A stretch of DNA of 61,015 nucleotides, the filler included, from Hausera hauseri (Eukaryota), in the NCBI GenBank assembly GCA_046269625.1. It is 10 parts of 10 records of this genome, joined end to end, with 100 filler letters (N's around TTAATTAATTAA, not from the genome) between each part and the next. Parts side by side here need not be neighbours in the genome. Positions count along the whole stretch, not along the records: positions 1 to 12,659 come from JBJURY010020008.1; 9 more parts are not named here. One strand, 5' to 3'. The position numbers and the translations under genes are program-made. Under the pieces are notes generated by a model that was not told the origin of the DNA, made no database searches, and worked only from the letters and a program-made list of their open reading frames with translations. This document shows positions 1 through 12,261 of the stretch, in pieces. Position 1 is the first letter of the stretch; each line of letters opens with the position of its first letter.

Positions 1-2
1 TT

Positions 3-764
3 GGATGTAGAAGTGAAAACTACAATCCTATAATGATAACAGAAATACATCCAGAGGCAAGAGCACAGGCAACAGTGGAGAATATCCTAAGGGAACTAGA
101 ACCACGCGGAGTAGAAGAAATCTCTACGGGTGATACGCAAGATGTCACAGTTCAAACGGAAGCCAAGAAAAGAGGTAGGCCGAAAGGGACGAAAGTAAGT
201 GACATTCATAACAGAAAAGATAGAAACGAAGAAATAGTAAGACGATTATTATTATCAGGAACAAATGGCACTCTCGAATCAGTAGATATAGACCCACTAC
301 TAAGAACGTTATTGGCTAAGCTGCATACGTCATTTGCTTCATTTGACATGCAGGCAATAATCCCAGACGAACTGTTCACAACGATACGTAATAATATGTT
401 ACGAATAAGTAGGCAATTCTATGAAAACTTCGAGGAAGAACGGATAAATGAAACGCATGAACTGGATATTTTAGAAAAAATGTTTGCAACTGGAATTACG
501 CGCGAGAAAGCTCGAACGGTGATATCATATCTTCTATATAAAATAATAGTAATTAATCACCAAACTCAAAATCGAGAAGAAATTGAGCTGAATATAAGGA
601 CAGCCGTAAAGATTTTGAAAGATACGTTAGGCTATTGGGCTCAATGTAGAGGTGGATGGTTGACTAGCCTGATGACCAATATAATAAGGTCAGGGGAACA
701 AGGAAGAGTAACAGATACGCCAACTGCGACACAACCCAACATCTCTAGATCAAGCACAACAGGT
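3..764 (+). pseudogene. Polyprotein region upstream of the glycoprotein; helical, with AT-hook-like KKRGRPKG
   Basis: Frame is open from nt 3. Colinear with contig-7 ORF 43306-44397: EARAQATVENIL/KARTEQCVGQIM, KKRGRPKG/RPVGRPKK, LLYKIIVIN/LLYLAIKIN. Confidence 0.7.
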
Positions 765-2656
765 ATGTCAATGATGGAGATTATTCAAATCCTCCTAATA
801 ACGTCATTATTAATGCCAAAAGCTGTAGGTAGAGTAGCTTATGACTGCTCTAAACCTAGTGAAGGTCAAAAGTACTCTCTAGTGGATTTGGAGAAATGCC
901 CAGCTGACCCAGAACAGTTAACGACGACAAGTGGTCTGATATACTGGGTATATCAAGAATCCGAATTTATAAAAGGGAAAGTCAGGGAATGTTATGTAAA
1001 AAGATCATTTTTCCTGTTTAATTGTGCCTATTATTCTGGAAATTCCGCCATAACCGAGCCTACGACACCTCTCGAACCAATTATTATATCGGGAGCAGAA
1101 TGTCAAGATGTTTTTAAGATTGGTATCATAACTATACAAAACGCGCATATACCAGCAGTTCGAAATCGACTAAGTATACCAAAATATTTAAGGCAGGAAG
1201 AATAGATAAAACAATGGAAGGCACTTGCAAAGGAGTGGATTACGACGTGGGAGGTACTATTGCGCCTAGAACGGAAACCATAGAAGATTATCAGATCCAG
1301 TTAAAAGAATATGAAGTATTATTCGACTCACAGGCAAAATTGATGACGACTATAAGTGAGTGCGAGTATGATAACGACGAATGTGATACTGGGAAATCGA
1401 AAATGACATTGGAAACCACTGCAAGTAAATGCCAGTTGACGCTATTAAAGAAAGGAAAGTTTAACAAGACGGTAGGAAAAACGGCGGAAAAAGAAACAGC
1501 GACATATAAAGAAGAAACAAAGGAAGTGAAGATGACGGAAGTGGCTACAATCGTATATTCGAAAAATCCGGAAGACATGATGCGATTTAAAATCACGGGA
1601 GTAGCAACTAAGTGTAGTGAAAAGATATCAAAAACTAACTACAAGGGTATCTTAGCAAGAAAAGAAATACCCGGTGCGAAAACCAAAATAGAAAAGAAAG
1701 ACATAAAGTTGACGCAATATTTCGATAATAAGATTGACTTTCTAATCAATTACGTAAGGAAAGAAATTAGAGGTTTATATAGAGAAATAATAATGAATGA
1801 ATGTAAGCTGAATTAGGAAATAATGCGCAATAAAATGGCATTGGTAATAACGAATCTGGACATGGTAGAGCCCGTAATGCCCTTCGGCGACGGAATCATT
1901 GGTAGAGTGATTGGCGAGGTACTGATAACAATAGAATTCAAGAAGGTAAAAGTATCAATCAGACCAACAGAAGAAAACACAATGGAATTACCTGTGGTTT
2001 ACCATACAGAACCGAGATATGTGATGCCAGTAACCAGAATATTATTAGATATTATTGTGAAGCCTACTCCACTATACAATTGCACCTTCATTATGCCGCC
2101 AATGTTTAAGATCGACAACGATAAATGGATTAGAACGCCTAAAAGAGAAGCAGTGCCCAAACCGAAGACGTTAAGTTTGATTAATCTGCAAAAAAATCAA
2201 AAATTCAAACCGCTAACGGGAATATCTCAGGGAGGAATTTACACACAATAAAATCTAGAGGATTATCGACGAATGTTGTTGTTTCCCCCACAAAGACAAA
2301 GAGTGATAACAGAACTGACTAGGAGAGTAATGTGGGATGGCGAAGGATCACCGCAATGGGAAAACCTTATGGGTAAGGACTATCTAAAGAGGGTAACAAG
2401 AAACGTTATGGAAACGATGTGGGGAAAGTACTTATATTTTGGCCAAGCAGCTTCCGGTTTTCTAGCTATATGTTTTATTATTAGCGCCATACGGACAGTA
2501 TTTACGGAACTAGGTAAAGCCTGTGGAATACATGCAGCAGTAGGATGCTCATGAAAAATTTTAATAGCGGTAATACCAGCAGTAGCAAGTTGTTTCTTAG
2601 CAAACCATGATGCACGATGGAAGAGGAAGATACTACAAAGGAAAGACATAAAATAA
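765..2656 (+). pseudogene. Chuvirus-like (class III fusion) glycoprotein: internal signal peptide, ectodomain, TM
   Basis: Signal IIQILLITSLLMPKAVG|RVAYDC, then chuvirus-G-type motifs YDC..YSLVDLEKC, AGRID..GTCKG, YFDNKIDF..LYREII..EC, GEVL, ELPVVY, PPMFKI..W, GGIY, FP, WGKYLYFGQAASGFLAICFII. One frameshift at ~1160-1190; stops at 1814, 2249, 2552. Confidence 0.85.
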
Positions 2657-2896
2657 TCCCTGTATAGTATACATGATGATAATGATGCCGAATATAGTCA
2701 AATGAAGACAAAGAAACGAGTAGCTAGAATCAAACAATTAGTGCTAAAGACACGGGAGCCGAAGTATATACTAAAGTTAATAACTGACCTACCCCGTCTA
2801 GATCCTGTGGATGAATATCATAGACAGTTGTATAATGAACAACCGTTAATAAATCCTTCACCTCCCCGATACGTAGTATATACAGGACTATAGCCT

Positions 2897-3475
2897 ATGC
2901 GTCAAGTGCAACAGATAAAACAGAGTTTTGATGAAAATTTGACTCCCTATGAACACAAACCTAAGTACACTGTTGACGATAAAAATGAAAGACAACCATC
3001 TATAAGACCAGAAATAAAAATAGAGGTGAACGGATATCCAATGACGGCTTTACTAGACACAGGATCTACAACAACGATAATGGGAAGGAGCCAATTGCCA
3101 AAGGAATTAAAAAGAAAGTTACGAAGACCAACTACTACATTAATAAACGTAGGAGCATTCGGTACAGAAGAGGAAATCAAGATGGTCTTAGATGCCAAAA
3201 TTAAGATCGGTGAACAAATGTTGAAACATACTATAAGGATAGCAGATAATTTGACTAACGAGATTTTAATTGGGTGCGATATATTAAATCAACTGGATAA
3301 CGATTACATAGATATGAGAACGTGTCAAATTAAGCCGTTCGATGAAGATCGTAACGAGGGAATGGTTTCTATAACAAGAGACATTACGATTCCACCGCGA
3401 TCCGAGGTAGTGGTACATGAAAAAATAGAAAGTCGTGTTGTACCAGAGATTATATATTTTGAACCGTCCCCATAG
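2897..3475 (+). pseudogene. Retropepsin (aspartic protease) plus Gypsy PR-RT linker
   Basis: ALLDTGS (Asp codon 3056-3058), ILIGCDIL, IPPRSE linker. Confidence 0.92.
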
Positions 3476-3679
3476 GTTATTAAGAAATATAAATTTTTAA
3501 TCGCCCCTCACGTAGATAAAGTAAGAGATGGAAGAGTCCACTTACGAATTTGTAACACAACAAACAAAGAAAAACGATTACGGAAGTGTACCAGACTGGG
3601 AAAAATAACGATTACTGAAGAAATAATAAAAGAAGAAATCTGCCAAATAATATCAGATATATATAAAATAGAAAAGATA

Positions 3680-5183
3680 ATGACAGATAAACTGAAAAGG
3701 AAACCAGAGGAAGACAAAAGAAGAAATAAAACCACGAACATCGATTGGAACGAGAGATTACAAAAATGCGAAATTCTAAGTAATGAAGAGAAGGAGATAT
3801 TAATCGAATTATTGGAAAAGAATAATAGTCGATTTGCACAAACTGACTATGATCTAGGCACGATGAAGGTAATACAGCATGCCATTAAGTTGAAGGACGG
3901 CCAAGACAAGCCAATTAAGAAAAGACCGTATCGATTAGCATACGATAAAAAACAGGAAACACGTAAGATAATAAAAGAAATGAGAGAAAACGAGATAATC
4001 CGACTAAGCTGTTCCCCATGGACGGCGCTTGTGGTAATGGTCAAAAAGAAAGATGGAACTATTAGATTTTGCATAGACTATAGAGCCTTAAACAAAATAA
4101 CAGAGACTGATACATATCCCTTACCAAGAATTGACGCGATACAAGATAAACTACACGGATCGACCATATTCACAACTATCAATATACAAAAGGGTTATTG
4201 GCAAGTGGAGGTGAAAGAAGAAGATAAAGTAAAAACGGCTTTCTCAATTGGAGAAGGGCTATGGGATTTTAATAGGATGCCATTTGGATTAAAGAATGGA
4301 CCACCAACGTTTCAGAGAGGAACAGAACTTCTATTATTAGATGCTCCACATGCCATGGTATATATAGATGACGTAATAATAGCATCACCAAATTTTCAAC
4401 ATCTAAAGGATCTACAGGATCTTTTTGATAGATGCGAAATAATGGGTTTAAAGATAAATCCCAAGAAATGTTCATATGCACAAGCAGAGGTAGATTGCCT
4501 CAGACATAGTGTATAGACATGGTGTAAAACCTCAGGACAAGCTTTTAGGAAAAATAAGAAATTTTCCTAAGCCAGGTACAGTTAGAGAATTACGTCAATT
4601 TCTAGGTTTAACAAACTATTACCGAAGATTCATAAAGGATTTTAGCAACATTGCAAAACCGCTGTATGAATTATTACGTGAAGATCTAGATAAAGTTATA
4701 TGGTCGAACGAATGTCAAAAAGCTTTTGAATATTTAAAAGATAGACTATTAACGGCTCTCATATTAATCTATCCAGACATGACTAAACAATTTATTTTGG
4801 CAACAGACGCAAGTGATTATGGAGTAGGAGCAGTACTATCCCAGAAGGGCGAAGATGGAAAGGAACACCCTGTAGCTTATGCGTCATGAAAACTTAATAA
4901 GCATCAGAAGAAATATGCTGTAATAAAAAAGTTATTAGCAGTAATATTTGCCTTGGAAGTGTTTTCACCCTGTATTAGTGAAAATAAACCGATCTTAATT
5001 TATACGAATCATAGACCGCTCCAATGGCTAAAGCAGCATGAGAATCCAAATTGCAGACTACTACGATGGGCTCTAAAGTTACAACCGTACACATTGAATT
5101 TCCAGTATAAACCTGGATCGCGAAATGCCAACGCCGACTACTTATCGAAAATACCCGATAAATCAGAAACAAAAAGGCAGTAG
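3680..5183 (+). pseudogene. Reverse transcriptase and RNase H (frameshifted)
   Basis: RPYR, SPW, RFCIDYRALN, YPLPRID, RMPFGLKNGP, YIDD (4361-4372), RQFLGLTNYYRRFI, TDASDYGVGAVLSQ, KPGSRNANADYLS. Confidence 0.95.
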
Positions 5184-5200
5184 TCGCAGCTGTATGGAGT

Positions 5201-6296
5201 ATGGATGGATCAGTCGAGAAAATTAAGGCAAATCAAAATGAAGATGTAGAAATAAGGGCCATTAGAAAATACATAAAAGACAAAACCATATTAGTTGACA
5301 TAGAGTTAACCCGTCATCTGGCTCGATTTAGTGAAGCTTACGAGGAAAAAGAAGGATTTCTATATTTTATTAGCCAAAACGGACCTGCATTAGTAATTCC
5401 TAGAAAAAATAGAGCAGTTTTACTGACTCAGTATCACGATGGATTACTTGGTGGACACCAATCGGCCAATAAGACACTAAACAAACTAAAACGGAAATAC
5501 TTTTGGCTAACGATAATGAAAGACGTACAGGAATGGTGCGAGAGCTGCAACCTGTATGGTACCCGGAAAAACACGGGATCAAAATTCAAAGAGCCACTAA
5601 AGGTATGGGACAACCCTCCAGCGCCATTCGAGTTTACCGCAATGGATATAACGGGGCCATTACCGTTGACACGAAATGGAAACAAATATATTTTAGTCTT
5701 CATCGACTATTTCACTAGATGGGCTCTTGCTCTGCCAATGCCTGATATGAAGGCAGACACAATTGCTGAGAGATTTGTGGAAAATATAGTATTTAATTAC
5801 GGAGCCCCAAGGATCCTCTTGACTGATCAAGCTGCAAATTTAACTGGAACTGTAATGCAGTCCATATACGACATCCTGAAGATATTAAAATTACGATCCA
5901 CGCCGGGACATCCGGAGAATAATGGAATGGTTGAGATATATTGGAGATTTAAAAGGAAAATTAAAAACGGTGGTAAATACTAGGCAAGACGATTGGGACG
6001 AATATATCAATACGTGTTTTCGTAAATCGGACATCTGTTCATGAAGCTACTAAGGAGACACCGTTCTACTTAATGTATTTCCTGGATGCAAGATTACCGA
6101 TTGATCTAGATTTTAATGTAAAACCAATTTCCCATTTAATAGAAATAGAAGATTATAAGCAGTTGATGCAGGAACGTCTAAGTTAGATAGGCCCTATAAA
6201 GGACCGTATGAAGTAGAAAAAGTAGGTCTACCGAATATTTGCTTAAAAAAGAATAAAACCTTTGTAAAGGTCCACGTTAATAGATGTAAGCCCGCT
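5201..6296 (+). pseudogene. Integrase (degenerate HHCC, DDE core, GPY/F tail)
   Basis: HDGLLGGH..CESC, MDITGPLP, IDYFTRW, LTDQA, HPENNGMVE; YKGPYEV..VHVNRCKP at ~6190-6295. Confidence 0.92.
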
Positions 6297-6395
6297 GCCA
6301 AGGAGAGCAAACTAAGAAAAGGTGAAAAAGAGTCGGTATGTAGCATTAGTGACAAAGTAATCGAAATAGATTCAATAAATAAACTCCAGATAAAG

Positions 6396-7427
6396 AATGT
6401 CCTATTACTAATCATTATCTTGTTATCTCCAATAGTGATAGGACAGATGACGAATTCAGAAATCGAACGAGCAGAAATGAGACCTGCCATAGCTATACAA
6501 GAAGATTTGTTAATGAAAGCTTTACAATGTAAAATAACATATTCAGAGAAAGGACAGAAAGTAATAATTTGGAGTATGTTAAACCTAATGCCATCGACAT
6601 ATATAATGGGAATACACATGATACCTTGGCATGATAACAAAAGAGACCCTAATGAGAAACAGTACAGTTGTCTATTCCACGCAGGAACCAATCATACAGA
6701 ATGTCCGGTGCACGACTCAGGCGTTCACTACATATACCTTACGCTCATAAGGAAGGAAGGAGATTATTATGGAAGTCAGAAAACGCAATTTTTTAGATCA
6801 ATAGTAGTCCCTACTAGACAACAGATGAACGAAACGTTATTAGATGAAATAATACTCAACCAAATGATAGCAGGACCCATGGGATTCAAAAGCGGAAGAA
6901 GTTGCATTAAGATTATCACAATGATACGATTAGAAAATACCCGAAGAATGACAATAAAACTAATAGAAACAGTAATCCCAGAAGTCAGAGTCTGCAGGAT
7001 TAAAGGCAATCAACAACGAGTGTGTTGTACTGTTATGAGAGGTAAAATATACCACGTCTATTATCTTCTGTTTCGAAAAAGGAATGGTAAATTCAGATAT
7101 CCGGTAGAACTAAAATGACCCACAATGTTCATACGGTATAAAAATCAAAAACAGTACGATGATATACAAGAAAGAATCACGACGCCATCTGTGCAATCCT
7201 CGGCTGATAAAAAAGAGATGACTATCTTACTTAAACCCTACGCTTCATATTATCATCAAAAACGTTCCATATGGGATAACGTAACTATCATAGTGTTGAG
7301 GCTTGATTCGACCGACTCCTCGCATGATCAGAGAAACAATTTGAAAACCTTATCCATAATCACTTTGATATGTGAACCCTTTTTAATAACTAATAAATAT
7401 TTTGACATCTCAATTCTTAATTCTTAG
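6396..7427 (+). pseudogene. Second signal-peptide protein fused in frame after integrase (Cys-containing beta-rich repeats)
   Basis: The GPY/F frame reads without a stop into NVLLLIIILLSPIVIGQ. CLFHAG..EC and CRIKG..RVCC resemble contig-5 CSIHAG..PCC and CNFPY..RKCC. In-frame TGA at 7116-7118. Confidence 0.65.
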
Positions 7428-7781
7428 TTTATGTTAAAACCCTTTGATGGGTATCTATTCCTTCACTGCTGCATGTACACGAACTGTAACCATGAACAGC
7501 CGACAGTATGGGATGATTGAATGTTTTTAATTAAACGAAATTCCCCAAGAAATCTATTTCTAACGATTTTCGAGTCGTAGCAACCATTCTAATTAAATAA
7601 CGATTCTCAAATCGTAACAGTCACTCATGATACATGTATTTCTGCGAAATAATAGAGACGTCCGGAGACTAAGGTAGACAGAAACATCCGGAGATTGGTG
7701 TAGTGGTAATGTACATTAAAACGGATATGTGGTCCTGTGAAGCATTAGCGTAATGGTAAGGCAAATTAGAACGGATGTGGT

Positions 7782-7893
7782 CCCGTGAAGCATTATAGAA
7801 ATAGGAAATTAATGCCTGTCGAGAAATTAGTGTCTGTCCCGTGAAGCATTATAGAAATAGGAAATTAATGTCTGTCGAGAAATTAGTGTCTGT
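7782..7893. repeat. 56-bp tandem direct repeat (two copies, partial third at ~7720-7747)
   Basis: cccgtgaagcattatagaaataggaaattaatg(c/t)ctgtcgagaaattagtgtctgt occurs at 7782 and 7838. Confidence 0.9.
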
Positions 7894-8079
7894 CAAATTC
7901 TAAAAACAAAAATTGATTTTAGAAAACGGGACAAGAACAGAAAATCAATTTCCTGAAAACATCTAAGGTTGCGAGCAAAAATCAAAATTGATTTCAAAAA
8001 TCTATTTAGGAATTCAAAAGAAAACAGGAAACCAACAGGAAATTAGATTTTAAAAATCATTTTAAAACTAAGAACAACC

Positions 8080-8086
8080 TATAAAA
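8080..8086 (+). promoter_or_regulatory. Candidate TATA box
   Basis: cTATAAAAgg lies ~190 nt downstream of the tandem repeats. A short ATG exon with a GTAAAT donor follows at 8354-8408. Confidence 0.35.
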
Positions 8087-10481
8087 GGAAAAACAATTTT
8101 ACAGAAAGACACACAAAATTTTTACTTACTTATTCAATTGTTGCCTGTGTACTACGAATTAAAAGAATTTCCCTGTAATCATAGCAGGTTGAGTATAGGT
8201 TTCACTATACACTTTAACGAATAATTTATTAGTTAACTAAGATATCGGATATTCGAAGCTGTCAAAGAAAAAAGAAAGTATTATCTAAAGACAATTATTC
8301 CAAATTACAGAACTATTACTCTTTGTCCCAAATTTATCTTTGATAAAATCTACATGGCTAAACGACGAACAGAAGAGTTAAATGACCAGCAATCCACAAA
8401 TGGTAAATATTTAATTATCCCATACTTGTCGTTTAAACCATTTGTGAATTTTGTATATATAAATACATTTTTATAAATGAAAATTATGGTCTAATAAATT
8501 ATAATTGATTACCACTATGGTGGCCGAAAGGTAGGTATGTCCCAAAGAATTAGACGGTGTCAGACGAAGAATCGGCAACGACACAGCGATAGAAACAAAG
8601 TTCGTTCCGGGTAACTACGACTCGAAACCTGCCGCGTGACAAGAGATTCAATCATGCATGAAGATGTAGAACGACTTATGTGGGAGAATAGTAATGTCCG
8701 GAGCTGAGGGAGTCGCGATCTAATTAGCACGCGTGGACGAAATGATTCGAGGCGAAGTACAGATGCTAGACAGATTAGTAGTAATGATTAGTGTTATTGT
8801 ATCTATGCACGGTCACGTAGTTGTCAGATATAATTATTTCGTTATATTGCCATTGCACATAATTAATTTTAAATATGTTCTGGTTAATTATCGTTATTTA
8901 GAATTTATTATTTTATGTTTTGATAGTCCTTCAGGATTGTAGAGTATCAGTGTAGATTGTGAACCCTTTTACAAAATTGTATGATTAGAACTTGATAATT
9001 TTGACCTATTATAGTATTTTCTTCTAGTATGTGTGGGAATGATCGAGTAATCATTAGTGGGTTAAAGTTTTAATGTGTAAAAGGGAATTTAGAAAGGTCG
9101 TATAATGCTCAGATATTTTTGAACAATTATTGTCATTTTGAATTTATAGTTTTATATTTTCGTAAAGTTTTTAGGATGTGTAAAATATCAACAGATTGGG
9201 ACTTCGCTTATTGGCATGAATTTGGAGATATTGTCGTAGTGCGTTGTCTATTGCGTGACGGAATGGTTGGTCAATTATCAACAGAATAAAGTTTTGTATT
9301 GTAAAGATAATCTATAAAGGCTGTAGAATTATATAAAAAGTTAAGAAATTCATCTTGTGCCCAGGATTAGAATATAAAAAAAAAGTTAGGAGTCTCTGAA
9401 ACTTTATAATCTGAACATTTTAGAGGTGGATACCACCGGTAAAACTTATTATCTAACACTAAAAATATTAGTCTAATACATGATTAACTAAATATGCGAC
9501 ATGTTAACCCCATAAAATCAAGGAATGAAAGAACTAAATGTCTGAAGAGATTATAAACGAAAGATTAAATAAAAGAATAATCTCGAGTATTCGGCACATT
9601 TGTATTGATGACGGAGGTTATCGTTCTCTTATTCAAAGGATAATATAAGAATGGAAGACATATTAAATAAGTGTGGTTAAGAGACGATTTGAGAATAAAG
9701 AATACGCTGAAATTTAATGCGATAAAATGTTTAGTTCTGATCACACTTATAATAAACATGAAAAAAGGGGTAGCCCTGAACAAAGGAAATATGCACTACA
9801 AATAATAAGAATGTATCATACACTTTGGGAGAAGCAATGTAAATAGACCAATCTTGTAGAGTTTATATGGATGTATCGTGTACATAAATGAACCCTAGTC
9901 ATGAAGTTGTCAGTAAAGATATTAGTGCATAATTATGGCCACACTATAACAGACCAAAGGGCCAGCAAGGATACAACAGATAAAAATTTATAATGGAGGT
10001 TGTCAAAATCTTCGTACTGGAAATTTTGAATATTATAATAATCTAGAAAAATTATTGGTATACAATAGAACGTGTTATGCAGGTACATATTCTATACGAT
10101 AAGCGCATCCTAGGTGATGAAATAATAAGAAGAAACCATGGAATGATTCCATGAATATTATTAAACCTGTTGAAATTAGATTCATAATCTTATTACTTAC
10201 GACTTTGTTCGATAATGCTAAAACAAGGAAAGAAGGAATAATAATAGGTTATATAATAAAAGTGGTGCGAAAATCTGGTAACAAGAAAGAACTATTTGGA
10301 CATAAAATTTAGAAGTAAAGGGCGCTGGATCTTAACATGGGTCAGACCGCCCCAAGAACTCACGATTCTAAAGGATGATAGACGTAATGCCCTACAAGAT
10401 TAACAAGGACAAAAATAATCATTTATATGTTAGTGTGCACTGATTTGTAGAAATACTATAGCCATAACCTAACATATAAAC

Positions 10482-10499
10482 TGGTGCCCCGAGTGAGGA
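10482..10499 (+). promoter_or_regulatory. Primer-binding site complementary to elongator tRNA-Met 3' end
   Basis: TGGTGCCCCGAGTGAGGA versus the complement of the metazoan tRNA-Met(e) 3' end as recalled, TGGTGCCCCGTGTGAGGA (1 mismatch). Confidence 0.7.
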
Positions 10500-10547
10500 C
10501 ATGCTCGAGGGTTAAATTGATATAATTAGTAGAATTATTCTTAACAG

Positions 10548-10868
10548 GTGGTTATTGTGCATATTTTATCAGATATCAGAACCAAGACCACAAAATGTCC
10601 AATATGTTATGACACCCTCGGACTACGATATGCCTTATTCCGGTGCACACACATCATGTGTACCAAGTGTGCTGACCAGTGGTTGTCGAAGAAACAGCAC
10701 TGTCCCTTTTGTAGAAGAACAACCAGCAGCTACAATTGCCTAGGAGTCACCACAGTAGTGATCCTTGATGATGAAGAAGAGGATGAAGAGATAACTGTTG
10801 CAATTAATGAATACCCAGCCGATCTGTATGTAGTCGGCCCAAATGGACTAGTATATATGGAGATATGA
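10548..10868 (+). CDS. RING finger protein with acidic tail
   Basis: CPIC..CTHIMCTKC..W..CPFCR. The frame starts directly after acceptor-like ttcttaacAG (10546-10547). Confidence 0.85.
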   Translation: MVIVHILSDIRTKTTKCPICYDTLGLRYALFRCTHIMCTKCADQWLSKKQHCPFCRRTTSSYNCLGVTTVVILDDEEEDEEITVAINEYPADLYVVGPNGLVYMEI

Positions 10869-10985
10869 GATTACAATATATGTTTATTTCTTGAATTGTT
10901 CTAGTAAAGGGTATTTCATGATTATTAGAGGAAAGGATAATTGATTAAAATAATAATTCAATAAATTAAATAGCAATAGTTTTAG

Positions 10986-11221
10986 GCTGTGCTATCTGCA
11001 AGAAACTTACAGCAGCTTATAATGAAGAGGAGAATTCCTGCCCATTGTGCTACCTCGTCGAAAAAATGAAACAACGAGAAGATCTATTCGAGTGTGCATA
11101 TTGTGGAGAGGAGGCCAATATAAGTATTATGGTTATGGACTCGAACTGTTTTTTGATATGTCCTATCTGCTCCCTGTCGTGGAGTGATTTGGAGGAAATT
11201 GGCAAACTGACTAATTTGTAA
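10986..11221 (+). CDS. Small four-CxxC zinc-binding protein/exon (absent from ORF track)
   Basis: After ttttAG the frame reads CAIC..CPLC..CAYC..CPIC..stop, with AATAAA overlapping the stop. Confidence 0.55.
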
Positions 11222-11431
11222 TAAAAGTAAATTAACTGCTGTGTCTCACGAAATTTGGTTTTGCATTACATGTGTGCCCTAATAAGTGGAATCATGAATT
11301 TAAAATGATTAACGATATATAGAAGTTGTTTTATTGGAAGAACCTGTTATTTGTCAATGAATGAATACTTGTAATAAACTATTACCATTTAAGGTAACGA
11401 AAACAGAAATGAAAATAGAAGTGAAGATAGG

Positions 11432-11854
11432 ATGGAACCGGAAAAATGCCCAATCTGCCTCGAAGAGATAATGCAAGAAAAAACTACACTGCCGTGTAAA
11501 CATAGTTATTGCAGTCCTTGCATCAGCATCTGGTTGGGGGAGCACAACAATTGCCCCTGTTGCCGAAGAGATTGTACTTTCTGTTGGGTATGCTCCAAAT
11601 TAATAGCAGAGGATTTGGCCACCCTATCATGTAGGCATATGTTTTGCCAGTCATGTATACTTGAATACCTAACTTGTTGCCAATTGTGCCCCTATTGTTT
11701 GGAAACAGTAGATTTTTACACTACAGAAGGAGTGATCACGTATCTGAATGTGAACGGTCAAACTTCTATCGCTTTAGTGATTGATGAGGACGACGGCAGT
11801 TGGCCAGAAGCGTGGAGAAATCCACAACCATACACACTGCTGGATATAAACTAA
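11432..11854 (+). CDS. Tandem double-RING protein
   Basis: CPIC..CKHSYCSPC..W..CPCCR, then CWVC..CRHMFCQSC..CPYC. AATAAA follows at ~11867. Confidence 0.88.
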   Translation: MEPEKCPICLEEIMQEKTTLPCKHSYCSPCISIWLGEHNNCPCCRRDCTFCWVCSKLIAEDLATLSCRHMFCQSCILEYLTCCQLCPYCLETVDFYTTEGVITYLNVNGQTSIALVIDEDDGSWPEAWRNPQPYTLLDIN

Positions 11855-11915
11855 AAACAATTTATTAATAAAATTAATTGTGATAAATCGTTTTATTCCC
11901 TTTTATTATTTTAAG

Positions 11916-12199
11916 ATCTGAACTCCATACCCATACTATCACATGGATTCCGACAAAGGACAATACACCAATATTCAGTCTATAACCCAAATGGAGTTTT
12001 TACCACAATAGGAAAGGAATGTACCATTTGCCTTAATAACTATTCAATCAAGCCCGTACAGCTGGTCTCTTGTAAACACCAGTTTTGTCGCTGCTGTATA
12101 AGGGAATGGTTTCTCCAAAATAACACTTGTCCGACGTGCCGTACCATTAATAAACTATTCTTGTACGAGAACAAATATTATACAATAAAGAATTTATAA
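11916..12199 (+). CDS. RING finger protein/exon (absent from ORF track)
   Basis: After ttattattttaAG the frame reads GKECTICLNN..SCKHQFCRCCIREW..TCPTCR to TAA at 12197-12199. Confidence 0.8.
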
Positions 12200-12261
12200 A
12201 TAGAATTTGTTTAAAGTTTTGACTTTTAGAAATATAATGTATTGTAGATGAGATACAGAAA

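Larger units (their letters stand above)
1..7427 (+). mobile_element. Gypsy-type LTR retroelement copy A (glycoprotein-PR-RT-RH-IN-second membrane protein), decayed, 5'-truncated by window start
   Basis: Domain order PR-RT-RH-IN with GPY/F tail (Ty3/Gypsy order). ORFs starting at 1214, 1823, 2273, 2702, 2897 and 3680 share one frame, separated by isolated stops. Confidence 0.9.

Noticed and set aside
765-2656. Free-standing chuvirus endogenous viral element
   Set aside because: No L or recognisable N gene; G is in frame with protease/RT, and its flanks are conserved in a second copy.
1214-4889. Stop-codon reassignment or programmed readthrough explaining the in-frame stops
   Set aside because: TAA, TAG and TGA all occur, replace different expected residues and coexist with frameshifts, which indicates ordinary decay.
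9240-9990. Possible degenerate counterpart of the copy B exonuclease ORF
   Set aside because: Only faint similarity with many stops; not supportable without alignment.
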